Assembly: GCA_965218585.1 (NCBI GenBank)
Contig: CBDCLE010000009.1
Span: 64,001 to 128,000, forward strand
From: Terriglobia bacterium
GTDB lineage: Bacteria > Acidobacteriota > Terriglobia > 20CM-2-55-15
Length of the DNA: 64,000 nucleotides
Direction: 5' to 3'
A program made the position numbers and the translations under genes. Below, piece by piece: positions 51,498-62,232 of the stretch. The stretch's first letter is position 1. Every line of letters starts with the position of its first letter. The notes under the pieces are model-generated. The model did not search any database, had not been told where the DNA came from, and saw only the letters and a program-made list of their open reading frames with translations.

Positions 51498-52535
51498 ATG
51501 AACGGGAATCCCCACCTCATCGCACACCTCGACAAGTTGATTCAGGAACGTGGCCGTCTTGCGTTCAGCGAGTACATGTCCCTGGTTCTCTATCATTCCG
51601 AGCACGGTTATTACTCGAGGAGCCAGAGCCCAATCGGACCGGAAGGCGATTTCTACACGGCCGCGAGCGTGGACCCGGCCATGGGAGGGCTGCTGGCCAA
51701 ACTCTTCAGCCGGATGTCGGCCGATGTCGAAGTCTTCGAGCTTGTAGAGATCGGAGCCGGTACGGGCCTACTTGCCCGCCATATCCTCGAATCGGAAAGC
51801 TTTCCGTATACGATCGTTGAGAAGAGTTCGGCCATGCGCGAACGGCAACGGGAGACGCTTGCCGGATTCGAAGTCGAGTGGCGCGACCAATTGCCGTCCG
51901 AAATCCGGGGTTGCGTGTTTTCGAACGAATTCTTTGACGCGCTGCCCGTTCGCCGGTTTGTCCGGCGTCAGGGAGCGGTTCGAGAAATTTTCGTGTCCGA
52001 CGGTTTTGTAGAAGTCGAAGGCGACCCCGAAGTTCCGATCGACCTGCCGCTTCTTCGGGAGGGGTGCCGGGCCGATATCAGCCTCGAGGTGGGGGAGTGG
52101 GTCAGCAGGATCGGCGCTTCCATCCGTTCGGGCTATCACATGGCAATCGACTATGGATATTTGGAAGGCGGTTTCTTTGCGCGGCAGGAAGGAACGTTGA
52201 TGTGTTATCGACAGCACCGCGCGGAGGAAAATCCTTATCTGGCCATTGGAGAGCAGGACATCACCGCACACGTCAATTTCTCCGATTTAATAGAAGGCGG
52301 GACCCGAGTGGGACTGGAAGAGGTCGGGTACCGAACCCAGATGGAATTTCTGATCGACCTGGGTCTGCTCGAGCTTATGGAGCCGCTTGCCACTCGGGGG
52401 GATGCCGCCTCCGTAAAGCGTTTGCAGGCGCTCAAGAATCTTCTCCTGCCCCCGATGATGGGGGAGCGATTCAAGGTCTTGCTCCAGCGAAAAGGGGTTG
52501 CCCCTTCCCGCCTTCCCGGCTTTGGCAAAAAGTAG
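51498..52535 (+). CDS. NDUFAF7/MidA family SAM-dependent methyltransferase
   Basis: GYY...GDFYTA, EIGAGTG, SNEFFDALP, DYG, QDITAHVNF. Confidence 0.9.
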   Translation: MNGNPHLIAHLDKLIQERGRLAFSEYMSLVLYHSEHGYYSRSQSPIGPEGDFYTAASVDPAMGGLLAKLFSRMSADVEVFELVEIGAGTGLLARHILESESFPYTIVEKSSAMRERQRETLAGFEVEWRDQLPSEIRGCVFSNEFFDALPVRRFVRRQGAVREIFVSDGFVEVEGDPEVPIDLPLLREGCRADISLEVGEWVSRIGASIRSGYHMAIDYGYLEGGFFARQEGTLMCYRQHRAEENPYLAIGEQDITAHVNFSDLIEGGTRVGLEEVGYRTQMEFLIDLGLLELMEPLATRGDAASVKRLQALKNLLLPPMMGERFKVLLQRKGVAPSRLPGFGKK

Positions 52536-52619
52536 GGACAGACACCCTTTTTTGCGTCTTTATTCGTCTCGCAGAAGAGATCCGCTTCGCAATAAAGGGT
52601 GTCTGTCCCTACTTTTTGC
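52525..52619. repeat. Perfect 26-bp inverted repeat element
   Basis: GCAAAAAGTAGGGACAGACACCCTTT at 52525-52550 and its reverse complement at 52594-52619. Confidence 0.85.
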
Positions 52620-52762
52620 GTAGGAAATACCGTCTGTTTTTCCTCCTGAATCTGCGCTAATATGACAGGTTCGCGTGCAAGAAAGAAAGCGAATCTAGTT
52701 GCCGATTCCTGGAGCCTAAATCAAAGGCAGAACACCGGTTCCTTCCCGAAGAAAGCGACAAC

Positions 52763-53479
52763 GTGACAGAAGACAACGAAGAACAACCGACACCCGGTAC
52801 CGGTGCGGACGGCGCCGGAGGAGAGAAGACTCCGGAGCCAGCGGCCCCTTCGGCTAGCGAGGCTGCCAAACCCGACGCTCCTACCGTGCCCAAACCGCCT
52901 CCAAAGAAAGCGGCGCCGGCCAAACCCAAGGGACCACAGAAAGAGCCATGGTCCGATCCTCTGGTGGATGCGGTCAAAGAAAAATTCCCTGATCAGGTTC
53001 TCGAGGCCTACACGTTCCTCTCTCAGAGGCAACTCGTGATCAAGAAAGACCGGCTCACCGACATCATGACTCATCTCCGCCGTAACGAGATCGAGCCTTT
53101 CGATTTCCTCAGTGATGAGACAGCCACCCACTGGCCCGAAGAAGAAGAATTCGAACTTGTTTATATGTTGTTTTCTTTTGAAACACGAGGCCGTCTTCGC
53201 GTGAAGGTGCGCATCAAGGAGTGGGAGCCGATCGAGAGCCTGGTCAGTGTCTGGCCTGGAGCCGATTGGTTGGAGCGCGAGGCTTATGACATGTTCGGAG
53301 TTCAGTTTGCAAACCATCCGAACCTCGAACGCATTCTCTTACCCGAGGACTGGGTGGGTTTTCCGCTGCGGAAGGACTACGACATCCGTTTACAGGACGT
53401 GGAGTGGGTGAGAAAGCACCTGGGTATCGATTCCGGGCAGAAGTTCTATGTGGGTAAGGCGAAGCATGAGGACGACTGA
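52763..53479 (+). CDS. nuoC: NADH-quinone oxidoreductase subunit C with a Pro/Ala/Lys-rich N-terminus
   Basis: [32 protein letters not shown]. Confidence 0.93.
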   Translation: MTEDNEEQPTPGTGADGAGGEKTPEPAAPSASEAAKPDAPTVPKPPPKKAAPAKPKGPQKEPWSDPLVDAVKEKFPDQVLEAYTFLSQRQLVIKKDRLTDIMTHLRRNEIEPFDFLSDETATHWPEEEEFELVYMLFSFETRGRLRVKVRIKEWEPIESLVSVWPGADWLEREAYDMFGVQFANHPNLERILLPEDWVGFPLRKDYDIRLQDVEWVRKHLGIDSGQKFYVGKAKHEDD

Positions 53480-53490
53480 TTGAGCAGGGT

Positions 53491-54615
53491 ATGACGACAC
53501 CAACTCACGAACACACCTTATTCGATTCGAACGAAATCACCCTCAGCATGGGGCCGCAGCATCCGTCTACTCACGGGGTACTGCAGGTCAAGCTCAAGCT
53601 TGACGGGGAGAAGGTGATCGACGCGCAATGCGTCATCGGTTTCCTGCATCGGGGTGTGGAAAAACTTGGAGAACACCAAACCTATGGCCAGTTCGTTCCG
53701 ACACTGGATCGGATGGACTATATCGCAGCCATATCCAACTGTCTTGGCTACTGTGAAACGATCGAGAAAATGCTCGAGGTCGAGGCGCCACCCCGTGCGC
53801 AGTACGTCCGGGTCATCCTCACCGAACTGAATCGCATTACGAGCCATCTGCTCTGGTTGGGCACCCACGCGCTGGACATCGGTGCAATGACGGTTTTCCT
53901 GTACTGCTTCCGCGAGCGCGAAGAGCTTCTCAAGATCTTTGAAAACTATTGTGGTGCCCGTCTGACGACCCATGTGTTTCGGGTGGGCGGTCTCCAGTAT
54001 GAGATCTATGACGGGTTTGAAGACCAGGTTCGCACGTTCATCAAGGATTTCCCGAAGAAGATCGACGAGTACGAACAGTTACTTACACAGAACAGAATCT
54101 GGATTGGCCGGACGCGCGGTGTCGGGGTCCTGACGAAAGAGGAAGCGATAGACCTGGGTGTCACGGGCCCCTGTCTGCGTGCTTCCGGACTCGAGTGGGA
54201 TATCCGTAAATCCAATCCTTACGCGGCCTATGCCGAATTTGATTTCGATATTCCGGTCGGGGAATACGGCGATACGTACGATCGTTACCTCTGCCGGATC
54301 GAGGAGCTGCGTCAGTCAAACCGGATCGTTGCCCAAGCCATCGAAAAGATTCCGGATGGACCGATTAAGGCCAAGGTCGGCAAGATCATCAAGCCGCCAG
54401 CCGGAGACGTCTATCATTCGATCGAGGCTCCGAAAGGGGAACTGGGTTACTACGTGGTGAGCGACCAGACGACGCAGCCCTATCGCGTGCGGGTCCGTCC
54501 GCCTTCATTCGTCAACCTTCAGGCTCTGCGTCAGATGGTCAAGGGGCACATGGTTGCCGATGTTGTGGCGGTTATCGGAACCCTCGATATCGTCCTGGGG
54601 GAGATCGATCGTTAA
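53491..54615 (+). CDS. nuoD: NADH-quinone oxidoreductase subunit D
   Basis: [31 protein letters not shown]. Confidence 0.97.
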   Translation: MTTPTHEHTLFDSNEITLSMGPQHPSTHGVLQVKLKLDGEKVIDAQCVIGFLHRGVEKLGEHQTYGQFVPTLDRMDYIAAISNCLGYCETIEKMLEVEAPPRAQYVRVILTELNRITSHLLWLGTHALDIGAMTVFLYCFREREELLKIFENYCGARLTTHVFRVGGLQYEIYDGFEDQVRTFIKDFPKKIDEYEQLLTQNRIWIGRTRGVGVLTKEEAIDLGVTGPCLRASGLEWDIRKSNPYAAYAEFDFDIPVGEYGDTYDRYLCRIEELRQSNRIVAQAIEKIPDGPIKAKVGKIIKPPAGDVYHSIEAPKGELGYYVVSDQTTQPYRVRVRPPSFVNLQALRQMVKGHMVADVVAVIGTLDIVLGEIDR

Positions 54616-54618
54616 GCA

Positions 54619-55653
54619 ATGGACTTTATAGTCGATTTTGTGATCATACCGGCCATCAAGATTGGGGTGGTCTTTGGTGTGGTGTCGCTTGTTGTCGCAT
54701 ACCTGACCCTGCTCGAGCGGAAAGTGATTGCGTTCATGCAGGTCCGGCTGGGACCGATGCGAGTGGGTCCTTACGGCCTCCTCCAGCCGATCGCCGACGG
54801 TCTGAAGCTGATGCTGAAGGAAGACATTGTCCCTTCGGGTGCCGATCGCCTGATTTTTACCATGGCGCCGATCATCACGCTTATTCCAGCGTTCATCGTT
54901 TTTGCCGTTATTCCTTTCGGGCCCACAATTTCGATTCTGGGACGGGATGTTTCGTTATACATAACCGATCTCAACATCGGTGTTCTTTATGTCCTCTCGG
55001 TATCTTCGATCGGAATCCTCGGTGTGATCCTCGGTGGGTGGGCTTCCAACAGCAAGTATCCGCTGTTGGGCGCGCTGAGATCGGCTGCTCAGATGGTGAG
55101 CTATGAGGTCGCGCTGGGGTTCTCGATTATCGGTGTTCTCTTGCTGGCCGGTTCTCTGAGTCTCGTAGACATCGTGGAGGCACAGAGAGATTCAGGTTTC
55201 TGGTACGTCTTTCTTCAGCCGGTCGGTTTCGCCCTGTTTTTCGTATGCGGTGTCGCCGAAACAAACCGGGCGCCCTTCGATCTTCCGGAAGCGGAAACGG
55301 AACTGGTCGCGGGCTTTCATACCGAATACAGCGGGTTTCGTTTTTTGTTATTCTTTCTGGCCGAGTACGCCAGCATGATCGTGATCACATCGATGGCGGT
55401 CACGCTGTTCTGGGGCGGATGGCTGCGTCCATTTCCGAACGTTGCGGCATTAAGCTTTCTGGATCTGATCCCCGGGGTTGCCTGGTTCGGACTGAAAGTC
55501 CTCATCTTTTTGTATTTCTACCTGTGGTTCCGGGCCTCATGGCCCCGGTACCGCTACGATCAGCTCATGAACGTGGGCTGGCTTTATCTCTTGCCGATAG
55601 CGATCGCCAACGTCGTCGTTACAGCTGTTCTGGCGCTGGTGTTGAGGGGATAG
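54619..55653 (+). CDS. nuoH: NADH-quinone oxidoreductase subunit H
   Basis: GLLQPIADGLK, ETNRAPFDLPEAE. Confidence 0.97.
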   Translation: MDFIVDFVIIPAIKIGVVFGVVSLVVAYLTLLERKVIAFMQVRLGPMRVGPYGLLQPIADGLKLMLKEDIVPSGADRLIFTMAPIITLIPAFIVFAVIPFGPTISILGRDVSLYITDLNIGVLYVLSVSSIGILGVILGGWASNSKYPLLGALRSAAQMVSYEVALGFSIIGVLLLAGSLSLVDIVEAQRDSGFWYVFLQPVGFALFFVCGVAETNRAPFDLPEAETELVAGFHTEYSGFRFLLFFLAEYASMIVITSMAVTLFWGGWLRPFPNVAALSFLDLIPGVAWFGLKVLIFLYFYLWFRASWPRYRYDQLMNVGWLYLLPIAIANVVVTAVLALVLRG

Positions 55654-55657
55654 GTAC

Positions 55658-56131
55658 ATGAAGGTAGCTCGTTCAGAAAAACTGTCACTGCTGAAGAAGA
55701 TATTCATGGTCGATCTGATCAAGGGATTGATGCTGACGTTTTCCTACCAGCGTCCTTCGGCCAATTACACCGAGCAGTATCCCAAGGTGCGGCCCAAGGT
55801 TGCCGAGCGTTTTCGCGGGGCACCGCGGCTGAACAACGATCCGGGGACGGGGGAGACCCTTTGCATTGCCTGTAACCTCTGCGCCCTGGCGTGTCCGGAG
55901 TATTGCATTGAGGTCGGTTGGGAGCGGACCGAGGCGGGGAAGAAGGCGCTGACAACTTTTATCTTTGATATTTCCAGGTGCATGTTCTGTGGCCTCTGTG
56001 AGGATGCGTGTCCGACTCCTTGCCTGGAACTTACGCAGGATTTCGAGTTGGCACTCTATGGCCGTAAGGACATGAAGTGGGATCGTCAAAAACTGGAAGA
56101 GGGCAATCAGCCCGTTCTGTATTCGAAGTGA
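55658..56131 (+). CDS. nuoI: NADH-quinone oxidoreductase subunit I
   Basis: CIACNLCALACP, CMFCGLCEDACP. Confidence 0.96.
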   Translation: MKVARSEKLSLLKKIFMVDLIKGLMLTFSYQRPSANYTEQYPKVRPKVAERFRGAPRLNNDPGTGETLCIACNLCALACPEYCIEVGWERTEAGKKALTTFIFDISRCMFCGLCEDACPTPCLELTQDFELALYGRKDMKWDRQKLEEGNQPVLYSK

Positions 56132-56153
56132 TTGAATCTCGCGGTTCTGTTGA

Positions 56154-56690
56154 ATGCTTGAACTGATCGTTTTCTATACGTTTGCGGCTGTTGCAGTGGT
56201 TTCGGCCATTCTGGTGATCACGCGCCAGAATGCTGTTCACAGCGCAATGTTCCTGGCTGCCACGCTCTTGTCAGTCGCCGGTGTGTTTCTGAGTCTGAAT
56301 GCCGAGTTTCTTGCGGGCGTTCAGGTCATCGTCTACGTGGGTGGAATACTCGTCCTCTTCGTGTTTGTCATCATGTTGGTGCCGACCGATCGCGCTGTTT
56401 TCGAGCGCCGGTACAACAGGCAGGGGAAAGTCGCACTGGCTGTCGCGGCCGTCCTGATCGCAGAGTTGGCGTATGGCTTCTACAGCGGGGCCGATCTCGA
56501 GTTTGCCGACCCCGTCGGAGAGGCTGTCGTGGAAGGCAACAGCCAGTGGGTGGGCACGGTTCTGTATCAGAATTACTTATTACCTTTTGAGATTGCTTCG
56601 ATACTGCTCCTCGTGGCTATTATCGGCGCGGTTGTTCTCTCAAAGAAGCCGCCTGCGGAGGAGAAGGCCGAGCAGGCCGCAGGCGATTAG
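56154..56690 (+). CDS. nuoJ: NADH-quinone oxidoreductase subunit J
   Basis: QVIVYVGGI, PFEIASILLL. Confidence 0.95.
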   Translation: MLELIVFYTFAAVAVVSAILVITRQNAVHSAMFLAATLLSVAGVFLSLNAEFLAGVQVIVYVGGILVLFVFVIMLVPTDRAVFERRYNRQGKVALAVAAVLIAELAYGFYSGADLEFADPVGEAVVEGNSQWVGTVLYQNYLLPFEIASILLLVAIIGAVVLSKKPPAEEKAEQAAGD

Positions 56691-56702
56691 CGAACGGAAA
56701 TC

Positions 56703-57005
56703 ATGGTACCTGTACATCACTACCTTCTTCTGGGCGTCGCGCTGTTTACGATTGGCGTGATCGGCGTTCTCACCAGACGAAACGTTCTGATCATTTTGAT
56801 GTCCATCGAATTGATGATGAACGCTGTCAACATCAATCTCATCGCGTTTTCCGCACAGTTGCAGCACGTCACGGGGCAGGTGTTTGCCGTCTTCGTCATA
56901 GTTGTGGCCGCCGCAGAGGCTGCCGTGGGTCTGGGGATCGTGATCGCGATGTTTGCGAACAAGGAAACCGTCAACGTCAGCGAAATTGATTTGATGAAGT
57001 GGTAG
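56703..57005 (+). CDS. nuoK: NADH-quinone oxidoreductase subunit K
   Basis: [16 protein letters not shown]. Confidence 0.95.
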   Translation: MVPVHHYLLLGVALFTIGVIGVLTRRNVLIILMSIELMMNAVNINLIAFSAQLQHVTGQVFAVFVIVVAAAEAAVGLGIVIAMFANKETVNVSEIDLMKW

Positions 57006-57039
57006 GTCGTGCGGTCATAGACCGCACCTACAGCGATTT

Positions 57040-59097
57040 ATGAATTTTCTGGACCAAATCTGGCTTATCCCGTTATTTCCGGCCCTCGGGTTTGTAATAA
57101 ACGGGCTGTTCGGAAAGCGGATGCCCAAGGCGGCGGTCAATACCATAGGCTGCGGCTCGGTCCTGCTGTCATTCGTCTACTCGTTGGGTGCCGTTCTTCA
57201 GTTGATCGGCCTCGAAGAAGAAGCCCGTTCGCATTCGGTCACCGTGTTCGAATGGATCAATGCGGGTGCCGCACATACCTCAACGGGAGCACTGACACAG
57301 TTCGAAATCGCCTGGGGTTTCCTGCTGGATCCTCTTTCAGCGGTCATGGTGCTGGTCGTTACCGGAATTGGATTTCTCATCCACGTTTATTCCACCGGGT
57401 ACATGGCCCACGAAGACGGGTACTATCGATTCTTTGCCTACCTGAACCTGTTCATGTTCTCCATGCTGACGCTCGTTCTAGGCAGCAACTACCTGATGCT
57501 GTTCGTCGGATGGGAAGGTGTGGGCCTCTGTTCTTATCTGCTGATCGGTTTTTTTATCACCAAGAAAAGTGCAGGTGATGCCGCCAAGAAGGCCTTTGTC
57601 GTAAACCGCGTAGGGGACTGGGGATTTTCGATCGGCATCATGCTGATCTTCTTCACCTTCGGCACGCTCGAGTTTACCGGCGTCAACGAGGCGATTCATG
57701 CCGGTGTTGAAGAGGGTCTGTATCACGCCGGTGACCTGATCTTTGTCGGGATTGCAATCGCGCTGTTTATCGGTGCGACTGGAAAGTCCGCGCAGATACC
57801 TCTTTACGTCTGGTTGCCTGACGCGATGGAAGGTCCGACACCAGTCAGTGCCCTGATCCACGCAGCCACCATGGTAACGGCCGGTGTGTACATGGTGGCC
57901 CGCAGCAACTTCATTTACCAGTTGGCGCCCTCAGCGATGCTGCTCGTGGCCGTCGTAGGGGCATTGACGGCGTTGATGGCGGCGTCAATCGGTCTGGTCC
58001 AGAACGACATCAAACGGGTCCTGGCTTATTCGACGGTGAGTCAACTGGGATACATGGTTCTGGCTCTTGGAGTCGGTGCTTTTGGAGCGAGTATCTTCCA
58101 CCTCATGACGCACGCGTTCTTCAAAGCTCTCCTCTTCCTGGGTTCGGGCAGTGTCATCCTTTCGGTGCATCACGAGCAAGACATGCGGAAGATGGGTTCG
58201 CTCAGGAAGAAGATACCGATTACGTTTGCGACGATGGCGATAGGTACGCTGGCGATCGCGGGAACACCCCTGTTGAGCGGTTTCTTTTCTAAAGACGAAA
58301 TCCTCTGGCGGACCTTCTCGAATCCGCAAGGGAATATCGTTCTGTACGGTATTGGTATGGTTGTCGCGGGGATGACAGCATTCTACATGTTTCGCATGCT
58401 GTTCATGACGTTCTTTGGAGAGTCGCGTGTAGATCCTCACGTGGAGGTGCACGAATCGTCGAAATCGATGACGATCCCATTGATCGTCCTGGCTATCGGA
58501 GCCGTGCTTGCGGGCTATATCGGTCTGCCTGCGTGGCTCGCTGAAACCAATACCTTTGAGCACTTCCTGGATCCGGTCTTTGAACCACTCCCGTTCGAAG
58601 CAGCCGAGGGTGGGGAAGAGGTTGCCGAATACTCACACGCGTTCGAAGCAGGCATGGCTGCGTTTTCTGTCCTCGTTGCATTTATCGGATTTTTCATCGC
58701 TTACTCGATGTACTACAAGAAGAGTGGTCGCGCTCAGGAGCTCGCTGCACAGTACAAGGGCGCCTACCAGGCTCTGCTGAACAAGTACTACGTCGACGAA
58801 CTCTATGACTTTCTTTTCGTCAACCGCTCGAAAGGCTTTGGCAATGGTCTGTGGCGGTTCGATGCCAGATACGTCGATGGAGCGGTCAATCGTTCTGCCT
58901 GGGCGACGGTGAAGAGCGCCGACGGTTCGGGCTGGTGGGACCGTTGGGTCGTGGACGGTGCCGTCCGTTTTGTCGGCGGTTTTGTGAAAACGTTCAGTTG
59001 GCCGATGCGGCTGATTCAGACCGGCTATGTCCAGAACTACGCGCTAATGATGATCCTTGGCGTGCTGGTCTTTGTCGGGTACGTTCTTTGGGGTTAA
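57040..59097 (+). CDS. nuoL: NADH-quinone oxidoreductase subunit L
   Basis: GKSAQIPLYVWLPDAMEGPTPVSALIHAATMV. Confidence 0.97.
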   Translation: MNFLDQIWLIPLFPALGFVINGLFGKRMPKAAVNTIGCGSVLLSFVYSLGAVLQLIGLEEEARSHSVTVFEWINAGAAHTSTGALTQFEIAWGFLLDPLSAVMVLVVTGIGFLIHVYSTGYMAHEDGYYRFFAYLNLFMFSMLTLVLGSNYLMLFVGWEGVGLCSYLLIGFFITKKSAGDAAKKAFVVNRVGDWGFSIGIMLIFFTFGTLEFTGVNEAIHAGVEEGLYHAGDLIFVGIAIALFIGATGKSAQIPLYVWLPDAMEGPTPVSALIHAATMVTAGVYMVARSNFIYQLAPSAMLLVAVVGALTALMAASIGLVQNDIKRVLAYSTVSQLGYMVLALGVGAFGASIFHLMTHAFFKALLFLGSGSVILSVHHEQDMRKMGSLRKKIPITFATMAIGTLAIAGTPLLSGFFSKDEILWRTFSNPQGNIVLYGIGMVVAGMTAFYMFRMLFMTFFGESRVDPHVEVHESSKSMTIPLIVLAIGAVLAGYIGLPAWLAETNTFEHFLDPVFEPLPFEAAEGGEEVAEYSHAFEAGMAAFSVLVAFIGFFIAYSMYYKKSGRAQELAAQYKGAYQALLNKYYVDELYDFLFVNRSKGFGNGLWRFDARYVDGAVNRSAWATVKSADGSGWWDRWVVDGAVRFVGGFVKTFSWPMRLIQTGYVQNYALMMILGVLVFVGYVLWG

Positions 59098-59112
59098 CGG
59101 GAGTTTCGATAC

Positions 59113-60756
59113 ATGGGCTTTTTTAGAACACACATCCTGACCATCGTGGCCTTCCTGCCTCTGGCTGGGGCGATCGCCCTCATGTTCTTCAACAAGGAGA
59201 ACAAGGGAGCGATCCGTCTGTGGGCCAACCTCGTCGCCCTGGCAGGCTTTCTGGTGTCGGTCCCTCTGTTCTTCTGGTTCGACTATGACAACAGCGGAGA
59301 AATGCAGTTCGTCGAAAGTGTTCCATGGATCGACGCTTTAGGTGTGCGGTACTCGGTGGGCATAGACGGCATCAGCCTGCTACTTATACTTCTGACGACG
59401 ATGCTGGGCAGCATTGCGATCCTCTCCTCCTGGGAATCTATCCAGGACCGGGCCAAGGAATACTACATCTTCATGTTGATGTTGCAGACCGGTATGCTCG
59501 GGGTCTTCGTCGCCATGGACTTCTTCATGTTCTACGTGTTTTGGGAAGTCATGCTCGTGCCGATGTATTTCCTTATAGGTGTCTGGGGTGGGCCTCGGAA
59601 ACTGTATGCAGCCATCAAGTTCTTCCTTTATACCTTGGTCGGATCGGTATTGCTCCTGCTGGGAATCCTGGCGCTGTACTTCCAGTATCCTTCCATAGCG
59701 GCGACAGTTCCCGAGATTGCGAACCAGTTCGGACTCGACTACACGTTTGATATTCTTGCGTTCCAGTCAATGGGCCAGTTCCTTTCTTTCGACGTCCAGT
59801 ATTGGATTTTCATCGTGTTCTTTGTGGGATTCGCGATCAAGGTGCCGATGTTCCCGTTCCATACGTGGCTTCCGGATGCGCACGTCCAGGCGCCAACGGC
59901 GGGTTCGGTCATACTGGCCGGAGTTCTGTTGAAAATGGGAACTTACGGTTTTGTCCGCTTCAGCCTGCCGATCCTTCCTGAAGCTACCGTGTATTTCGTA
60001 CCTCACATGATCGCACTGTCAATCATCGCGATCATTTATGGCGCACTCGTCGCGATGATGCAGAAGGATATGAAGAGCCTTGTCGCCTACTCTTCTGTCA
60101 GCCACATGGGATTTGTGATGCTGGGTATGTTCGCGCTGAATCCCAACGGGTTGAACGGCAGCATTCTCCAGCAGATCAACCACGGTATCTCGACAGGCGC
60201 CCTCTTCCTTATCGTGGGCATCATTTACGATCGGCGGCACACACGCGAGATCTCCGAGTTCGGCGGACTGTCGACGATCATGCCCGTCTATGCGACTGTG
60301 TTTCTGATCATGACGATGTCTTCGATCGGACTCCCACTTCTCAATGGTTTCATTGGAGAGTTTACGATTCTGCAGGGGGCACTTCAGGAGAACCTCTGGT
60401 GGGCTGTAGCAGGCGCATCGGGAATCGTTCTGGGAGCTGCGTACATGCTCTGGCTCTATCAACGGACAATGTTCGGGGAACTCGACAATCCCAAGAACGA
60501 GAAGTTGCTTGATATGAATCTGAGGGAGCTCGTTACGCTGGTTCCGCTCATCATAATGGCTTTTTGGATTGGCATATATCCAGCACCGTTCTTCAGGGCA
60601 CTCGATGGTCCTGTCAACAAGCTTGTGGAGACGGTCCGGCCGGGATACTTCGATGCAAACCCGCTCGAAGCCCGTAACGTGGAGATTGTCCTGCCAGTCG
60701 ACGAGGTCCCCGAGTCGGAGACCCCAGAAGAGTCAGCAGACGGAGCAGACGATTAA
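59113..60756 (+). CDS. nuoM: NADH-quinone oxidoreductase subunit M
   Basis: KVPMFPFHTWLPDAH, AYSSVSHMG. Confidence 0.97.
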   Translation: MGFFRTHILTIVAFLPLAGAIALMFFNKENKGAIRLWANLVALAGFLVSVPLFFWFDYDNSGEMQFVESVPWIDALGVRYSVGIDGISLLLILLTTMLGSIAILSSWESIQDRAKEYYIFMLMLQTGMLGVFVAMDFFMFYVFWEVMLVPMYFLIGVWGGPRKLYAAIKFFLYTLVGSVLLLLGILALYFQYPSIAATVPEIANQFGLDYTFDILAFQSMGQFLSFDVQYWIFIVFFVGFAIKVPMFPFHTWLPDAHVQAPTAGSVILAGVLLKMGTYGFVRFSLPILPEATVYFVPHMIALSIIAIIYGALVAMMQKDMKSLVAYSSVSHMGFVMLGMFALNPNGLNGSILQQINHGISTGALFLIVGIIYDRRHTREISEFGGLSTIMPVYATVFLIMTMSSIGLPLLNGFIGEFTILQGALQENLWWAVAGASGIVLGAAYMLWLYQRTMFGELDNPKNEKLLDMNLRELVTLVPLIIMAFWIGIYPAPFFRALDGPVNKLVETVRPGYFDANPLEARNVEIVLPVDEVPESETPEESADGADD

Positions 60757-62196
60757 GTGGGCGAGTTTTTTCAATTACAGGATCTGGCCGCGATCGCACC
60801 CGAGCTCGCACTGACGATTTTCGGGCTCGCGTTGCTGATGTTCGATTTGATCGTCCACGAGAAACACAAGCTGGGATACGTTGGCCTGGCGGGGCTATTT
60901 GTTTCAGCGATTCTCTTGTTCCGGCTTGAGGGCGTCAACATATCCGCCTACGGAGGCCAGCTGGCGGTCGATCCGTTTGCCGCTTATTTCAAGTTTCTGT
61001 TCCTGATCGCAGGAGGTCTTGCGATCGGTATGTCGATGCGCTACCTGGATGTAGAGCGGGAGCAACACGGGGAGTACTACGCCCTCATCCTTTTTGCCAC
61101 GATGGGCATGATGTTCATGGCTGGCGGCACGGACTTGGTGACGTTGTACATCGGCCTGGAGACTATGGCCATCGCGACCTACATTCTCGTCGGTTTCCTG
61201 CGCGGCAGCCAGCGATCGAATGAAGCTGCGTTGAAGTATTTCCTTCTGGGCGCCTTCTCTTCGGGTGTTCTGCTCTACGGCATGTCGTTGCTCTACGGCA
61301 TCTCGGGCTCGACAAACCTGGTGGAGATTGCGGACGCCCTGACACGCAGGCCTGCGAGCGACCCCATCTCTTTGGTCGCGATGATTACTGTAGCTGCAGG
61401 GCTTTTCTTCAAGATTGCCGCCGTTCCGTTCCATCAGTGGACACCCGACGCCTATGAAGGGGCGCCGACTTCCGTTACGGCGTACATGTCGGTGGCGGTA
61501 AAGGCGGCCTCGTTTGCGATGATGGTTCGCATCTTCATGGTTGCGATCTATCCACTCCGCGATCAGTGGGTGCCGGTTCTTACGGCTGTGGCTGTCATGA
61601 CCATCACCGTCGGTAACGTTGCGGCACTGACCCAGACCAACGTCAAACGTTTGCTGGCGTATTCCTCCATTTCCCATGCGGGATTTGTTCTTCTCGGCCT
61701 GATCGCGGGCAACGACACCGGTATGACGGCTATCGTGATGTACCTGTTCGTCTACACGTTCATGAACCTTGGAGCATGGTCTATTATCGTCGGGCTGCGC
61801 CGTCAGGATGTGATCGGCGAGCATGTCGAAGACCTCAACGGACTCTTCTTCAAGCACTCCACAGCAGCGGTCCTGATGTTGGTGTTTATGTTATCGCTTG
61901 CCGGGATACCGCCTACGGCTGGCTTTATCGCCAAGTATTACCTGTTCGCTTCAGTGATCGAGACCGGACACACGACTCTGGCCGTCATTGCAGCACTGAA
62001 CGTTGCCATCGGGCTGTACTACTACATGCGGATCGTCGTAGCGATGTTCATGTCCGAAGCGACGGAGAAGACCGGTTTGACGCTGTCGCCGGGCCTGGTT
62101 TCGGTTCTGGCTGTCACTCTGATTCTCACCCTGTTCATCGGCCTCTATCCAGATCCCTTCATCACGATGGCACGGACGGCCACGCAAGGCTTCTGA
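60757..62196 (+). CDS. nuoN: NADH-quinone oxidoreductase subunit N
   Basis: EAALKYF, PFHQWTPDAYEGAP, LAGIPPTAGF. Confidence 0.97.
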   Translation: MGEFFQLQDLAAIAPELALTIFGLALLMFDLIVHEKHKLGYVGLAGLFVSAILLFRLEGVNISAYGGQLAVDPFAAYFKFLFLIAGGLAIGMSMRYLDVEREQHGEYYALILFATMGMMFMAGGTDLVTLYIGLETMAIATYILVGFLRGSQRSNEAALKYFLLGAFSSGVLLYGMSLLYGISGSTNLVEIADALTRRPASDPISLVAMITVAAGLFFKIAAVPFHQWTPDAYEGAPTSVTAYMSVAVKAASFAMMVRIFMVAIYPLRDQWVPVLTAVAVMTITVGNVAALTQTNVKRLLAYSSISHAGFVLLGLIAGNDTGMTAIVMYLFVYTFMNLGAWSIIVGLRRQDVIGEHVEDLNGLFFKHSTAAVLMLVFMLSLAGIPPTAGFIAKYYLFASVIETGHTTLAVIAALNVAIGLYYYMRIVVAMFMSEATEKTGLTLSPGLVSVLAVTLILTLFIGLYPDPFITMARTATQGF

Positions 62197-62232
62197 AGCG
62201 CTGGTTAGCGGATTCGATTCCCTGAGTCGCGA

